A stretch of 64,000 bases of DNA from Calcarisporiella thermophila CBS 279.70. Lineage: Eukaryota; Fungi; Calcarisporiellomycota. The position numbers and the translations under genes are program-made. The first letter of the stretch is position 1; each line of letters starts with the position of its first letter. Positions 41,584-55,365 of the stretch are shown here, piece by piece. The stretch lies in assembly GCF_041956535.1 (NCBI RefSeq), contig NW_027192198.1, positions 854,940 to 918,939 of the forward strand, written 5' to 3'. The notes under the pieces are model-generated. The model saw only the letters and a list, made by a program, of their open reading frames with translations. It ran no database searches and was not told where the DNA came from.

Positions 41584-43091
41584 ATGACTACGCAGCAGTA
41601 CACCGAAGAGATTTCTACCATTTTTGTCGTTGGATTCCCTGAAGATATGCAGGAGCGTGAATTCCAAAACATGTTCTTGTTTTGCCCTGGTTTTGAGGCC
41701 GCAACCCTCAAGGTTCCGCAGAATTTGGAGGGCGAAGAGAATAGTGCCCGAAAACAAACTGTACGTATTCTTCTTGAGGTGTGATTTTCCGTCTCCTAAA
41801 ATCTCTAACTGACTGGTGATCTTTGTAGATTGGCTTTGCCAAGTTCCGCACTCGCCAAGAGGCAATAGCCGCACGTGACATTCTTAGTGGCCGAAAGGTT
41901 GATCAAGAGAAAGGCTCCATGCTCAAGGCTGAGATGGCCAAGAAAAACCTCCATACAAAGCGTAGTTTATCCAACGACCAGAAACATACCGCCTCGCTCA
42001 ACTCGCCTCTCACGGCAAATTTCAACTTAAATCTTGCTAGCAAGCGGCTTGTACCTCCCCCTGGCTCTGTTTTACCCACCCCATATGACCCACTCTTCTC
42101 TATGCCCCTCGTCTCCCCCCTTCTAAATGACCTGCTTTCGCCGAGCGACTATACGCAGGACTTGTTCTCTGATGTGCTCACACCTGGCAATCCCACGGCA
42201 AACCAAAATGAAAGAAGTGGCAGCGTTGAATTACGGGACACTAGCCTGAGCACGCTTGTCACACAGCGTGCGCAGCGAGCCGCTGCAGCAGGATTGGGCG
42301 GAAACACCCTTGCACCGGGCCTGGGAACCAGTATCGGTGGAGCTCGTGGCAATTTTTATGAAGCTGAGGACGTTCTTGGTCTCGACTATCTCTCTCGTTC
42401 TACCCCCGCTCCCAGTAGTTGCAGCTCATCTAGCAATGTTGGCGGTGGCAATGGACTCCCCGCCTCATCTGTCTCGGCATCGGTTTGGAGTAAAGCGCTG
42501 GACGACCTCCCACCCGTGCCACAGTCAGCACGCTTTCCCTCGTTGAGCTCCTTTGGGGGCCTCGCGTCCCCCTCGCTCCCGTCCTCACCTATTGGCGGCG
42601 GCCTCTCTCTCCCCCCTCCATCGGCAAATCCCGCAGACAACAATCCCCCTTGCAACACATTGTATGTGGGAAATCTCCCGCACGGCGCGCAAGAGGAGGA
42701 GCTTCGCCAGCTGTTTATGCGGTGCGCTGGCTACAAGAGGCTCTCGTTCCGTAGCAAGCCCACCGGCCCGATGTGCTTTGTGGAATTCGAGAGCATCGAG
42801 TATGCCATCCGTGCTCTTTCGGATTTGCAGGGAACCCCGCTGAGTAACTCTGCTGGACGTGGTGGAATTCGCTTGAGTTTTTCAAAGAATCCCCTTGGCG
42901 TGAGGACCCAACCCCCCACTCCCCTCTCGCCTCATTCGCCGCATGGGCTGTATTCTTCCCTAAATGGAAAGCAGCTCGGGTCCGGGTTAGGCAATGGACC
43001 TTCCTGCCTGCAAGACAACAAGGCGAGCTCGGTCGGTGTTGGGATGATGGACAAGGGAGAGACGTTCGTGTTCGGCTCCCTCCTCGGGTAA
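41584..43091 (+). CDS. Two-RRM mRNA-binding protein, Whi3/Scw1 family (probable 5'UTR intron 41492-41578; coding intron 41761-41828)
   Basis: [40 protein letters not shown] and [19 protein letters not shown]...PMCFVEFE...[15 protein letters not shown]. Confidence 0.9.
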
Positions 43092-43747
43092 ATTCTCGAG
43101 CAAGCCCTCGGCCCCGGCTTTAGACCTAATGCCGCTTTCTATCCCTTTCAATAATTTTCGAGACAAACATTATATCACTCTATAAAGTTTTTTTATCTTG
43201 AAACAATCACCATATTCTCTTTTTTTTCTCCTACTTCTTCCACCTCCTTTTCCATCTTCATTCAAGTAATGCTTCACCACCTCTTTATACATTTATACGG
43301 TTTCCCACTTGATCATTCTGGCATAAACTTATCGACTATTTTATTTGGCATTGCATTACTCCCCCTTGTCTTGTTGAGCTAAGTGTGACAGCTTGTCTAT
43401 TTCATCCTCATATCATTCTCTCTCTATTCTGTTATCATAATGTTTTACTATCATTTTCCCTCTTGAATATATACAAATATATATATATAAACATATATAT
43501 GTGTGTATGTCTTCGCAGTCACTCTCAAGATAGCCCATCAAAAAGTATAGTGATACAGGCCACCACAATTCAAAAGACACTTTGTTATTTCGACCTAATA
43601 ACTCGCCCCTTTCCAAAGAAAAACGAAATATTACCGTATAAACACTAAACTGAAACAGAGAAGAGAAGAGAAAAGAAAAGTAAAACAACAGAATCGCGCA
43701 TTAGAAAATCCAAATTCTAACTCTAAAAGATTCACTCTTGGTGCGGG

Positions 43748-46700
43748 TTAGAAGCCGGTGCTCTCAATGCCAAACTCCTCGGCCCAAGTGATATATCGCA
43801 TCACGAGCTTGTGCACATACGCCGGCAGATTCAGCGAAATCAGGATATTTTCCACCTTGGAGGCACCCTCTCTCCTTATTAGCTTGTTGATACATGCCCC
43901 GACCACCGTTGGATGCTGCATCTCGTTGTACCATCGTGCGTGCCAAACCGCAAGCTTGGAAATGGCCTGCACTGCCCGCAGCGTATCCCCTTCCTCAGTA
44001 TAAATCTCCAGCAGCCGAGTGAGCGCGCGTGAGGAGAACTTGAGCTCAAGGCACCGCTGGAAGGCCTCCTTCGCCTCGTGCTAAAATTATCCGAATCCAT
44101 GAATACCGTTCTATTGCTTATCCTAGCCCATAAATCAAAATGAGACTCACCTTATGGTGTAAACGCAGCGCCAGATCTCCCAAAACCTCCCACTCGCTCC
44201 CTGATTTAACATATGGCTGTTGCTGTTGGCGGAAATGGTTCATTTCCGCGCGCCACACTGTGTACACCCGAAGATCCTAAGGAAAGGATTCAATACGAAA
44301 AAGGATAAGAATTACAATAATCCCGCCATCCAGAGCGTATTATCTCTATACTAACTTCGTAAAGAACCATGAACAGATTGTCGAGCCAACGTTCGCACAA
44401 GCGTTTATTGCTAAACGAAAAAGTGTCTTCTCTGTCCACCCTTTCTTCATCTCCATTCAGCTCAACTGGATTCGCTGGCGTCATCTCCTCAGAGTTGGCA
44501 TTTTCTTGCTGAGCTTCCTTCTCAGTTTCATTTTTTTCCTCCACCCTCTCCTCCACTTTGTCCTTCATCTTCTCCTCTACCTTTTCCTCCTCTGACTTCT
44601 TGTTTGCCGAGTCGCTAAGATCTATAGACTGCATCGACTCATTTAGATCCACATCTTCTAGCACGCTGTTCTCATTCGGCTCTTCTTGGGTTTGCTCCTT
44701 GCTTTCCTCAGGTGTGCCCTTTGCTTCCTCTTTATCTTTTGCCTTTCTCTTCTTTTTCTTCTTGTCCTTCTTCCCTTTTTTCTCCTCCTTTTCTTCCTTC
44801 TCTTCCTTTTCCTCCATCTCCTTTACCTCTTTTACGTCTTTCACCACCTTTTCCTCCTCATTTTGCTTCTCAGCTGGTAACTCTGAGATTCCTCCCACAT
44901 CCTCTTTGTGCTCACCAGGAGCATCTTCATTCGTTGCTTTCTCAGACACTTCTTCCCCTTTTGTCTCTTCCGCCGTTTTATTCTCCTCTTTTGCAAACTG
45001 GTTCTCCTCGTCCTCCGACTTCTCTTCCACCTTTTCCTCTAGTTTGGCCTGCTTCTCGCCCCCCTCTTTCTTAGCCTGTGGTGGTTCATGCCACACATCC
45101 TCCTCTGTGATGGTGATTTTGGGGACAACCGTCTGGTTCTTCTTCGTCACACTCTCCTTATCCCCACTGCGCCGCTTGCTCGATGCAGCCAGGCTTCCAC
45201 GTCGATCTCCCTGTTTCTGCTGGCGATACTCCTCCTCCATGACGAAAACGGCCGACCGCGTCTTTAGTAACTCATCCCAGCCAATTTTCTCGACAAGTCG
45301 CGTCAGAACCTCGTAAGCTTTGGCAAAAGTCCCCCGAAGTGTCGGACCAGGAAGGCGCTGTAGGGTGATGTCGACATCCATGCCCCCCAGTTCATCCTCG
45401 TACATCCCCGTTGTCTGCACATCCTGCTTTACTGGAAAATGTGTCTTTAGGGGCGGAGGCATGCGGTGGATATCCCGATCGGTGAACGTGAACATAGGGC
45501 ATGAGTTGAGCGTCAAAAGTGCGGATTGATAATCGCCGATTTCGATGTAGACTTCAGCAAGTCGCGCCCATGTAACAAATTCAGAGGGGGCAGCGTTCAC
45601 AGCTTGACGCGCCAAACTTAGCGCAAGCTCAGGGCGTTTCTGTTGGAGAAGGAGAAGGGGGAAGAAGTGATTAAGCCACATGAAAACCCTTCTTTGTGGT
45701 GTGGGTCGTATTTACCTTTTTGAGCAAAAATTCGGATTGCACATAAAGTAATGGATACGAGTTCGGCACCTCGCGCAGCGCATTGTATAGCACTTTCACC
45801 GCTTTCACCTCCTCATCTTTTCCTAAGTAGGCTTGTGCAAGGAGCGCCGAAACCTCTTTATCTTCTGCCGCCACTCTTTCAAAGAAGCGTACACCCTCTT
45901 GATAGCGGTAGCTTTCGCCGAAATGTTTTAGCAATGCTATTGTCAGATAGTTATTGAAGGCAGTGGCAACCTGATACTCTGGGCTCACTCCAAGTTGATA
46001 TGCTATGAAAGCAAATGAAAAAAGAAAAGAAATCAACACAAATGTCTCAAAATTGTAAATAAAAAAACTCCAACCTTTGTAAAAAAGTTGCTCAGCTGCC
46101 TCGAGAAACTTCTTCTCTTGCGACACATTCGGAATTGGATCCAACTTCCGCAAAATAGCGTTTGGACGGCTGTAGTCACCCCCATGCACCATTGAGCGCA
46201 CCATTGCGGAAATGTAGGTCTGCTGCCATATTTCTGGTGTAGTTTGATGTCTATTGTTGTGGGTAGATTTAGATGGAGTAGAAAATTTGAGCGAGCGTGT
46301 AATGAAGCACTTTAAATGAACTTTCTCACTTTTCGCCGCGACTATCTATATAGTAGCTATCTACACCCCCAGGAATCTTGACCTCAACACGTACATCAAC
46401 TCGTGAAAAAGCGTTGAAACAGCAGTAAACGCCAGAGCGAATTCTCCAGGCCGACGGCTTTGAAAACCACGCCTGCGGCTCATCCTGGATTGCGAAGAGA
46501 AATGTCAGTAGGGCAAAGCGCATACAAACCGAATTGATGATAGAGATAGCTCACCACAGCATAGGTCAGGGAGTTCAAGTAAGCTGCTAATGTGGCGGAT
46601 GATGAGGCATCGACACCAAGGACATAATGATAAGATCCGATCTAAAGAAAATTAAAATCGCTCAATGCAATTGTTGCGGAAAAATTAGAGGGCAATAAAA

Positions 46701-46934
46701 CTTACCTCAGAGACGCTGCTCTTGCTTGTGTTTGTCTTTGTTATGTGACAGAGATCTGGCGGGCCAAGATGGAATGATGCTAAACAAATGGGCGTATTAG
46801 GGCTGATGAACGCGATGAAAGTAGCTTAGAAGCATGCATGTCGCGTTCTTACCGAGAGAATCAAGACGTGCCACTAGCGACTCGCCCAGTTCATTCTCAA
46901 AGTACTCGGGCAAGTCTTTTAATGCGTCTGTCAT
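43748..46934 (-). CDS. ChAPs-family exomer cargo adaptor (Bud7/Bch1-like TPR protein)
   Basis: LGPPDLCHITK, GSYHYVLGVDASSSATLAAYL, GVYCCFNAFSRVDVRV, AVNAAPSEF..W..L, LLTLNSCPM, GWDELLKTRSAVFVMEEEYR and KRLCERWLDNLFMVLYEDLR. Confidence 0.93.
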
Positions 46935-48244
46935 TATTTTCCAGTGATCTCGCTTGAGGAGGATAACAGCACCCTTTGGAAGAACTAAAGACAAGATCAA
47001 AATGAAATTTCCATAGCGAATCCTTCAGGATTTTGTATTTCCATTGGCCAGGGGGAAAATTAGGCTCATTGGTATAGTGCGAGGGGGTTCTGCGGTAGCC
47101 TGCCCATTCAAACCATTTCAAGCCAAGCTTAGGATGCGAGCCCAAGCCTTAAGGCCTCACACCTGGTGCTCATTTACTCCCCTCTATGAAAAGTTTCCCC
47201 ATCTTAAAAAAAGTCGAGAGAAAGATCAATCCCTCCACCCCCTCCTCCGTATCCCTTCCCGGTATCGGCTCGGAATAAAACGACAAATCCCCCAGGTCTG
47301 ACATTGATTGCTGCGACGTAATTCAACAAACAAGAGCCTCCATGTCGTCCCTGGGTGGATCAGGATTGGGTTGGAACTAGGGCCTTCGGCCAACTGGGGT
47401 CTTCTCGCTTGAAAAAGTAGATATCAAAAATAAAAGGAGGGTGAGTCTCAGATATATAATTCATACGCGATTTTTAGATGCACACCCTCATCCGCGACCA
47501 ATATTTGTCGGGGAATACTCCGGGCTTGAATCCCTAAAGTCGATTTTTAATGACTAAAGTAATTCCGAAGCGTACCAGGGACTTTAAAAATAGAAGCCGG
47601 TATAGTGACGTCACCCCTCCTCCGAACAAATTAAAGCCGACAGCGGCAATAAGGCTCTCCAACCTCACCTTCATCCCTGTGTCCAGAGTGAACAGGAGCG
47701 TGCACTTGCCGAGAGGGAGGCGCTGCATAATCTTGGCGCGCAAGTCATTGTGAATGAGAACGTGAATACGCGCCATTGTACGACGGCCAAGATGGCGCTA
47801 ATAAAAATAGAGGTGGATAATAAATAGACAACTAAAATAAAATGAGCTGGTGGAACTGTCAGCAATATAGAGTAATAGTGGCAAGACTCTCCCCCCCTAA
47901 TGATGCATCCTCCTTCTCTGTTTGCATGAGGCTTGCCCAATCACCAACTTCGGTTTCCGGCTCATGGATGTGATCGATTGCTCCGCTTCTCTCGGGTCCT
48001 TTTGAAGCTCGGTATTTTCTGTCAATTTTGCTGATTGATATCCGGTATTCGAAAGGCTGAGTAAAGCTTTTTATCTTGTGTTTACCCGTGTAACGGGGAC
48101 TGCTCCGAAGGTTTATTTTATCACTACTACCCTCTCGTCGTGCCGTCCATGTTTTCTCCTCTTCATTTCTCTTTCTTCTCCCAACCCCTTGTTCCCAGTC
48201 TCCTCGACCTGTTACTCTGAACAGAGTCGCCCCATGGTAGTGGC

Positions 48245-50634
48245 ATGAAATACTCCACACTCTTGCTCTTTTCCCTTGCTTTTCTGCTCTACTTGTCCGC
48301 CCTGGCCACCGCTCTTCCTACACTAAGGAAGCGCCAAACCGAAGGCGAAGAGTCTCCTTCGACCAGCAGCGACGAGAGCACAGAAGATGACTCCAAGACA
48401 TCGTCCAATACCACCACTGCAACCACCCCAAAATCCTCGTCGCCCCCCGTCTCCACCGCCCCACCCTCCGTCCTAGATCCCATGCTTGCTCAGGTGCCCG
48501 TGCCGAAGCGCGTCGACACCGCAAGTGAAGAATACTCAAAGTTGCTCAGCCACTCTTTGCTTTTTTACGAGGCGCAACGAAGCGGGAAACTCCCTGAAGA
48601 TAACCGCGTGAAATGGTAAGGCTTGGGAAATTCGGCAAAGATTAAAGAGAGGCTGAGTGCTACATATACCAACCCTCATCTGTATAACCTGTTCTCGCTC
48701 ATAGGCGCCACGATTCGGGGCTGCAGGATGGCGCAGACAACAAAGTGGACCTCATGGGGGGATATTATGATGCAGGCGACTGTAAGCGTGCATGAGCGAG
48801 TAGCTAGGGCATGGCAGCACACTCATTCTATACTTTTATGTGTCTTGTTAGATGTGAAGGTGACCCTTCCGCTCTCCTTCGCCCTCAACCTGATCAACTG
48901 GGGTGCGCTGGAATACTTTGACGGCTATGTGTTTGCTAACCAGACGAAATACCTGCGCGAGATGGTCAAGTGGGGGACCGACTGGCTAATCAAGGCCCAC
49001 CCTCTTCCGAATGTGCTCTACGTGCAAATTGGGCAGGGGAAGGTGGACAACAACTATTGGGGTAAGCAAGTGAGAGTGGTGTGGTCCACTAAGTGCAGAT
49101 TTTTCATGGAGCCTCTCCTGATATAGGACCGGACACCAACATCCCCTCGCCTCGGTTTTCCTTCAGGATCGACATCAACCATACCGGAACAGATGTCGCG
49201 GCCGAAACCGCAGCCGCGTTCGCCTCCTCCTCGTTGCTCTTTCGACAGCTCTCGCGCTACTCGCAGAACAGCGAAGATTTTGCCTACGCTGACCAACTCC
49301 TCAAGCACGCTATCGAACTCTACCAATTCGCACAAAATTCCAAGCCCTACAATGTTTACCAAAAGTCGGTCCAAGAGGCAAAGCTGCTCTATCCCAGCTC
49401 AGGCTACTGGGACGAGCTAGCCTGGGCTAGCGTGTGGCTCTACCGAGCTACGAGCGAAGAGGTCTACCTGGAGACGGCAAAAACGCTTGCATCGGAGCAT
49501 CAAAAGGACCTGATGACGACGGAATATCCGGTGGATTGGGACAACAAGGCTGGTGCTTTTCTGGTGTTGGCATCCGCCGTGACTTCTGGGTATTGCCCGG
49601 GAGGCGCAGATTGGGAGCCTCTGCCTGCCAAGCCGGAGATGTTTGCCGCATGGCGTGCAAGCGCGGAGACTTACCTCGACAAGGTGGTCGACACACAACT
49701 TGGGGGCTCGATGACTCCCGGAGGGCTCGTGTGGTTTGAGGGGACCAGCAATAACAACAGCCTGGTGGCCTCTCAAAATGCCGCGTTCCTCCTCCACGCA
49801 TACAGCTCCTCGGTTCTGCGAGCGATGCCGGAGGGCAAGGATCAGTCTCAACAGCTGGCCATGCGCGCAGCCAAATACGAGAGCTTCGCCCTCAAGCAGA
49901 TCGACTATCTGCTTGGGAAGAACCCACTGCATAAGCTTTATGTGGTCGGCGAACACTACAACTCGGTGGACAATCCGCATCATGCCGGCGCTCACGGAGG
50001 GAACGATATAACCAATCTAATGAACCCACCCAATACGGCACATGTGCTGTATGGAGCGGTGGTGGGTGGACCGGAAAAGGATGATTCCTTCACGGACGAC
50101 CGACGCCGTTGGGGGGAGACCGAGGTACTCTCGACTTTTCATGGGCAATGGATGAATGGACCCCATTGGATACTAACCCAGTTCCCTTTCCTTTAGGTCA
50201 GTCTTGACTACAATGCTCCCTATCAGTCGAACATTGCCCGCATGGTTATGTATGGGTCAGATCCCTTCTATATTACCAACACCATCCCTCCCGTCTCTCC
50301 AGACCAACCCTCCGACACTTGGATCCAAAGAAATCTGGGCTGGATTATTGGTGTTCCTGTTGCGGTAGTGGTCCTCTTGGCGAGTGGCATCGGGCTGTTG
50401 TTGTGGCAGAGGCGCCGCAAAACAAGTAGAGAGACACGGGTGCAAGAGTTTGCAGCCAAGGTCGACGATACAGTCGTGGAGATTCTCCCTGAATCGTCTG
50501 AACCGACGAGCTCGCGAGACACCTCCAAAATCTCTTTTGGTATGCGCCCCGAGCACCAGGATTCCGAGAATGCCGACCTGAGCACGGGATCGGAGGCGGA
50601 GACGTTGCAAGAAGAGACTACTGCTCCACGATAA
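48245..50634 (+). CDS. Glycoside hydrolase family 9 endoglucanase with signal peptide, S/T linker and C-terminal transmembrane anchor
   Basis: SLLFYEAQRSGKLP, GGYYDAGD (catalytic Asps), KWGTDWLIKAH, DELAWASVWLY, NPHH, GAVVGGP and ETEVSLDYNA (catalytic Glu); TM segment WIIGVPVAVVVLLASGIGLLLW followed by QRRRK. Confidence 0.93.
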
Positions 50635-51288
50635 ACTCTGAAATTGTATAAGTTTCACGCCAGTTTATATCCTCCACCCCTCATAGACGTGCATTGCATA
50701 TCCTTGTGTATGACTATTTATACCTCCTTTATATATATTTACATATATTTGCTCTTCTTTATTTCATTCCACTTTTTCTTTATTTATAATCAGTTACCTC
50801 TAATTTATGCATGAAGTAATACAGTTCTTTAAATTCTACTTCCTTTATCCCCTCTTGGTTGGCCCTTGCTCTGCGCCTCTTCTCCATCCCGTGTGTATAT
50901 TGACATCCTGCCAAGACCAACATGGCTTTTGCTTCGCACAGTCACATCATTACCTTTCTTTGCTCGGATGATATGGAGGCTGCCATTAAAGTTAAAGATA
51001 CAAAGAGATAGTTTACAATGGGACATATATACCTCTAGGTTTTGGAAGCGCCCTCTACGGAGTATGGAGGAGAACCGTCCTTGGTAGCAATGCGTTTGAG
51101 GAGAAAGTGAAATCTTGGGACAAACTGCGTTTTCTTGCTTTGCTTCAAGCTATCCCGAATTTTTCCTAGAGTATTTCACAGCGGATATCCCAGAGCGCCG
51201 AGACGATTTTGAAAACACGGAGTGAAGCATTTCTGTTTTCTTTTAGTTGAAGCCTTTCCCTAGCATTTCTACAACCCTTGATTGGAAA

Positions 51289-51815
51289 ATGGATTCGACT
51301 CTCGCCGAGGTAGCCAAGAACTGCGCAATGCAGTTGCAAGTGTACCAGGATTGTGTTAATCGCAACCCGAAAAACTGGGAATCAGCTTGTATACAGCAGA
51401 AAAAGGCATTGACGAAGTGCTCGGAGGATCAGTAAGTAATTCTCCAGTAGATGTTGAAAAAGAAAGAATAAAAGGCTATTTGAAGTGAATGCGGAAGTCA
51501 ACAAAGCGATGTTACTTGCATGGGCGAACTGAGCGAACATGCAAGGGCACTCGTAGCCCCAACTGGTGTCTCAATGTCTCTCAATGTCTCTTGAATCTAA
51601 CTGTTTCCCTCTACCCATTCTTTAGTGTTCCGGTGTTAAAATTCGTAAAGTCTCGCTGTTCTGCTCAAATCTCAGGTTACGACACCTGTCTGTCCGAGAA
51701 CGCATCCGAACCAGAAAAGTGCATCGACGCTCTAAAGGAACTCTACTTTTGCACAGAAGCGGCCTCCGCAGCATTCAAGATGGAGGAGCAGAAGAAAGAG
51801 ACCGAGAAGGACTGA
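51289..51815 (+). CDS. Double twin-CX9C mitochondrial intermembrane-space protein (Mix14/CHCHD5-like); intron ~51432-51625
   Basis: Four CX9C motifs: CAMQLQVYQDC, CIQQKKALTKC, CSAQISGYDTC and CIDALKELYFC. Confidence 0.85.
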
Positions 51816-52525
51816 TGGAGCGGGACAAAGGGACCCTAGTAGAAGTGAGACTATGAGGGAGAGGCCTTGCGATCATAGAGAATATTCCTTTTATATTTTT
51901 ATATTATTGCCATATATGAGTGTATATTTTCTTCTTTATCTACCACCTCTAGAGGAATAGAACTGGTTTATACTTTCTCTTTATTTCATTTTTTTTTTCT
52001 TCTCACTTTTGCTTCCCTCAATAATCACATTTTTTTCTGAAAAGACACTGTTCATTTCTTCCAAGCACGATGCCCTAAATATTCGAGTAAAGGCACAAAT
52101 GCAACAATGCAAGTGCTCTGGTCCTGTTGAAGGTGTCGAGAGACACAAGCCTCATGTCGTCTGAGAGTACAATATGTGTGAATTCAAAGTGCCAGGATCT
52201 CCAGGGGCAGACGGGATACAGGAGCTGAAGCGGCAATAGTAACTAACTAACACAGTAATGGGAGAGCTAACGGCAGGTGCAGCCAACGCTCGTTTTCATT
52301 CCCTTTTAGGGACTACCAATTGACCTGTGACTAACAGGAAGGTTGTACAGTTTTATTTACATAGTTACTTGCTTCACCCTCTCTCCTCGCCATTTCTCTC
52401 TGCTCGGCATTAGAGCGCAAAACCCTATTGAGAAGGCAGTCACGGAATCCTTGTGTGCTTTTCCTTCTAGGAGAGACCCGCCTTTTCTCCTCACACCAGG
52501 CCAGGTTCAATCAACACCCCTTGAG

Positions 52526-53680
52526 ATGATAGATGCATACAACATATTTGCATCAAGTTGCGCGGCTGTTGTGGCAAGAGTTCTGACCCATCCTTGTGAG
52601 TCTGAATGCTATCATTCTGAAGTTGTTTGCCCCATTTCTCCCTGTTAACGAAGCTTACTTCTGGTGTGGCCCATTCATGCCCCGCTCCTCCTCATAGTGG
52701 ACACGCTCAAAACTCGGCTCCAAATCTCGGATCAGCCCCAGACCTCCATCCTCCAGTTTGCTCTCCGCCTCTCGCGCGAAGACCCTCGGCATCCATGGCG
52801 ACCATTCTACCGCGGGCTGCCCGTCGCCGTTGCATTCGGAGTCCCTGCCCTCAGCATCTATCTTGCCACGTATGACCAGGCGAAAAGCTTCCTACCGCAG
52901 GTGGGGGGAGAGGGTCTGGAGCGAGAGACGGTGGTGAATCATTTGTTGGCGGGCGCTTGTGCGGAGTGTGTCAGTGGGCTGGTGTGGACGCCCATGGAGG
53001 TCATGAAGAACCGCCTGCAAGCGGGGGGCGACGCAAGGGCTGGCGAGGAGCTGACGCGCGAGTCCACCCGACGCCTGGCGGGTGAAATCTGGCAGAAGGA
53101 GGGGGTACGAGGCTTTTTCCGGGGATACTGGCTCTCGTTGGCCGTCTTCGTGCCCTACACGATGCTCTACTTTGCGCTGTACGAGGAGCTGAAGCGGGTG
53201 GCGCGGCTGCACTATGCCTCCCCCGCCCCCGCCCCCGCCCCGACCGCCTTGCCTGATGAGGCGCAGGCGCTTCCGTTTCACATGTATCTCGCCTGCTCGG
53301 CGGTCTCCTGCGCCTTTGCGTCCTCGGTGTCCAACGTCCTCGACGTGGTCAAAACACGCTGGCAGGTCATGACCTCCAGTCACACCTCAAGCTATTCACC
53401 GCTTCCCCTCGAGCTCCATTCCACTCCCGACTCCGGCTCGCCCCCCGCCACCCCCTCTGGCCATGGTCGTCCGGAAGAGGGCCGAACGGTGCGAGAGGTC
53501 GTGGTTCGCATGTGGAGGCAGGAGGGCTGGCGGGGCTTCACCCGCGGAATGCTGGTGCGTGCTCTGTGGATGGTGCCAAGCGTGACGGTGAGCATGACGT
53601 GCTTTGAGATGCTGAAGAACCACCGGGTAGATGTGCTGGGGATGGCTGGCATGACCTCCGCCGCGAAAGAGAGTATTTGA
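52526..53680 (+). CDS. Mitochondrial carrier family (SLC25) protein, substrate unknown
   Basis: Three carrier repeats: HPLDTLKTRLQ, TPMEVMKNRLQ and NVLDVVKTRWQ, with FYRG, EGVRGFFRG and EGWRGFTRG; intron ~52596-52697. Confidence 0.92.
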
Positions 53681-54260
53681 TGATTTTGTTTTCGCCCGTC
53701 CTCGCCTTCTCTCGCCTCGTATACCTCCGCTATGATCGGCGAAAGCGCCGCCTGCCGACGTTTATTGATGTGTGCTCTGTGTTTATCCGTTTCTCTGATA
53801 CACCCTCTCTCTTTCTCTCTGTCTGTCTGTCTGTCTGTCAATATATATTTATATAGATATGTAGAAGATTATTATTGGGTTTAAAGTATAAACGAAACCG
53901 ACGTCAACAATACCAATTACGGAGGGGAAAAAAAGTGGGACAGATAATAATAATAACAACGAAGAAAAAGAAATAGGCTACGAAAAAAAAAGAGTAAGAA
54001 ATAGAAGAAGAAGGTATTTAAAATGGAACACTATATTCACATTAAAGTGAGAAGGAGGAGGGGGGGGGGGGGAAATCGCTATACATAAGATCGTCGAAAG
54101 AAAGCGAGCCGGAGCGAGGGGATGAAAGGGGAAACGACCCTCATGGTGGGGGAGAGGGAAACAAAAGAAGGCGGGGAAAGAAATAGTGATAAAGTACATC
54201 AAGAGAAACTGCATACAAAATAGACGGCTGGTAGTACAGAAAGTACAGAAAGTCGGCGGG

Positions 54261-55365
54261 CTATTCCGACCAAACGACCTGATACACCTGGCCCCCGAAG
54301 TGGATGGTGCGGGGCAGGAGGGTGCACGGCCGGAACGGGCGCTCGCCCGTGTCCTGGGAGAGCCGCTGCAGCAGCACGGAGGCCATGAGGGTGTCGCGCA
54401 GATCGTCGGGCAGGGCGGACGGGTAGGGGGAGAAGCCGCCCACGTACTTGGCGGTCGGCACGAAGGCAACGGGGGCGTCGCTGTGCTTGAGGAGGGCGGG
54501 CGCGGGCCGGTGGTCGGCGAGGTAGGGCTGGTCGTCGTGGCCAAGCGAGGAGTTGGAGGAGGAGGAGACGGACGAGGAGGAGAAGGAGCGGGAGCGCGGT
54601 TCGGAGAGCAGCGGCGGGGAGGCGGAGGAGAGGGCGTCGTGGTCGTTGAGCAGGATCTCCATGCCGCGAGGGGAGCTGGACTTGCGCCGCTTGGCGGGCG
54701 GGGGCGGCGACAGCACGGCCGGCGCGAAGCCCGCGGGGTCCGCGATCCCGGTCCCGCTGTCCACCCGTTCCATGCCGGCGTCGCTTCTTCTTCGGCGCTT
54801 TCCGCGCAGGGGCGCGCCGCCGTCCAACAGCAGGCTCCCGTAGCCCGGCTGCGAGGGCAGCAGGCATTCGTCGGGGAAGCCGGGGCCGAAGAGCGGGACG
54901 AGCTGGTGCCGGAGGGGGAAGCAGGTGCGGCGGGCCAGGATCCGCGCCTCGTCGCGCGAAATCCAGGTGCCCTGGATCTTGAGCAGGCCGCCGCGGATCT
55001 TCTTGACGTGGAGGGCGGGATTGGCATCGACCATCTTCACAATGTCGGATTTCGAGCGGCCCAGCGCCTTCCATATTCCGGTGAAGTGGACATCCCCTAT
55101 CGGCGCAAGGCTTCCGTCAGAATCATCCACACCAGCCATCATCCCCGAAGCAGCACCTACCTGTCTCGCGGTCCCACATGATCGGGTGATCATCGACGGA
55201 GTACTCGTAGACGGGGATGTAGCCTCGGGAGTCGAGCGACGTCGAGTATTTTGCGCGCTTGACCCGGCCAACCTTGAGCGGCCGGGAGTCCGGGGGCGGT
55301 GCGAACGGGAAGGGGGCGAAGGGCGAGGCGGAGTCTGGGTCCGCGGGATGTGAGCCTCGGAGCAT
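54261..55365 (-). CDS. APSES (KilA-N) transcription factor, Xbp1-like clade; intron ~55100-55160
   Basis: YIPVYEY..DDHPIMWDRETG|DVHFTGIWKALG..KSDIVKMVDANP..VKKIRGGLLKIQGTWI..EARILARRTC..LRHQLVPLFGPGFP. Confidence 0.88.

Noticed and set aside
53805-53860. (CT)n/(CTGT)n/(TA)n microsatellites
   Set aside because: Ordinary simple repeats in convergent 3'UTRs.
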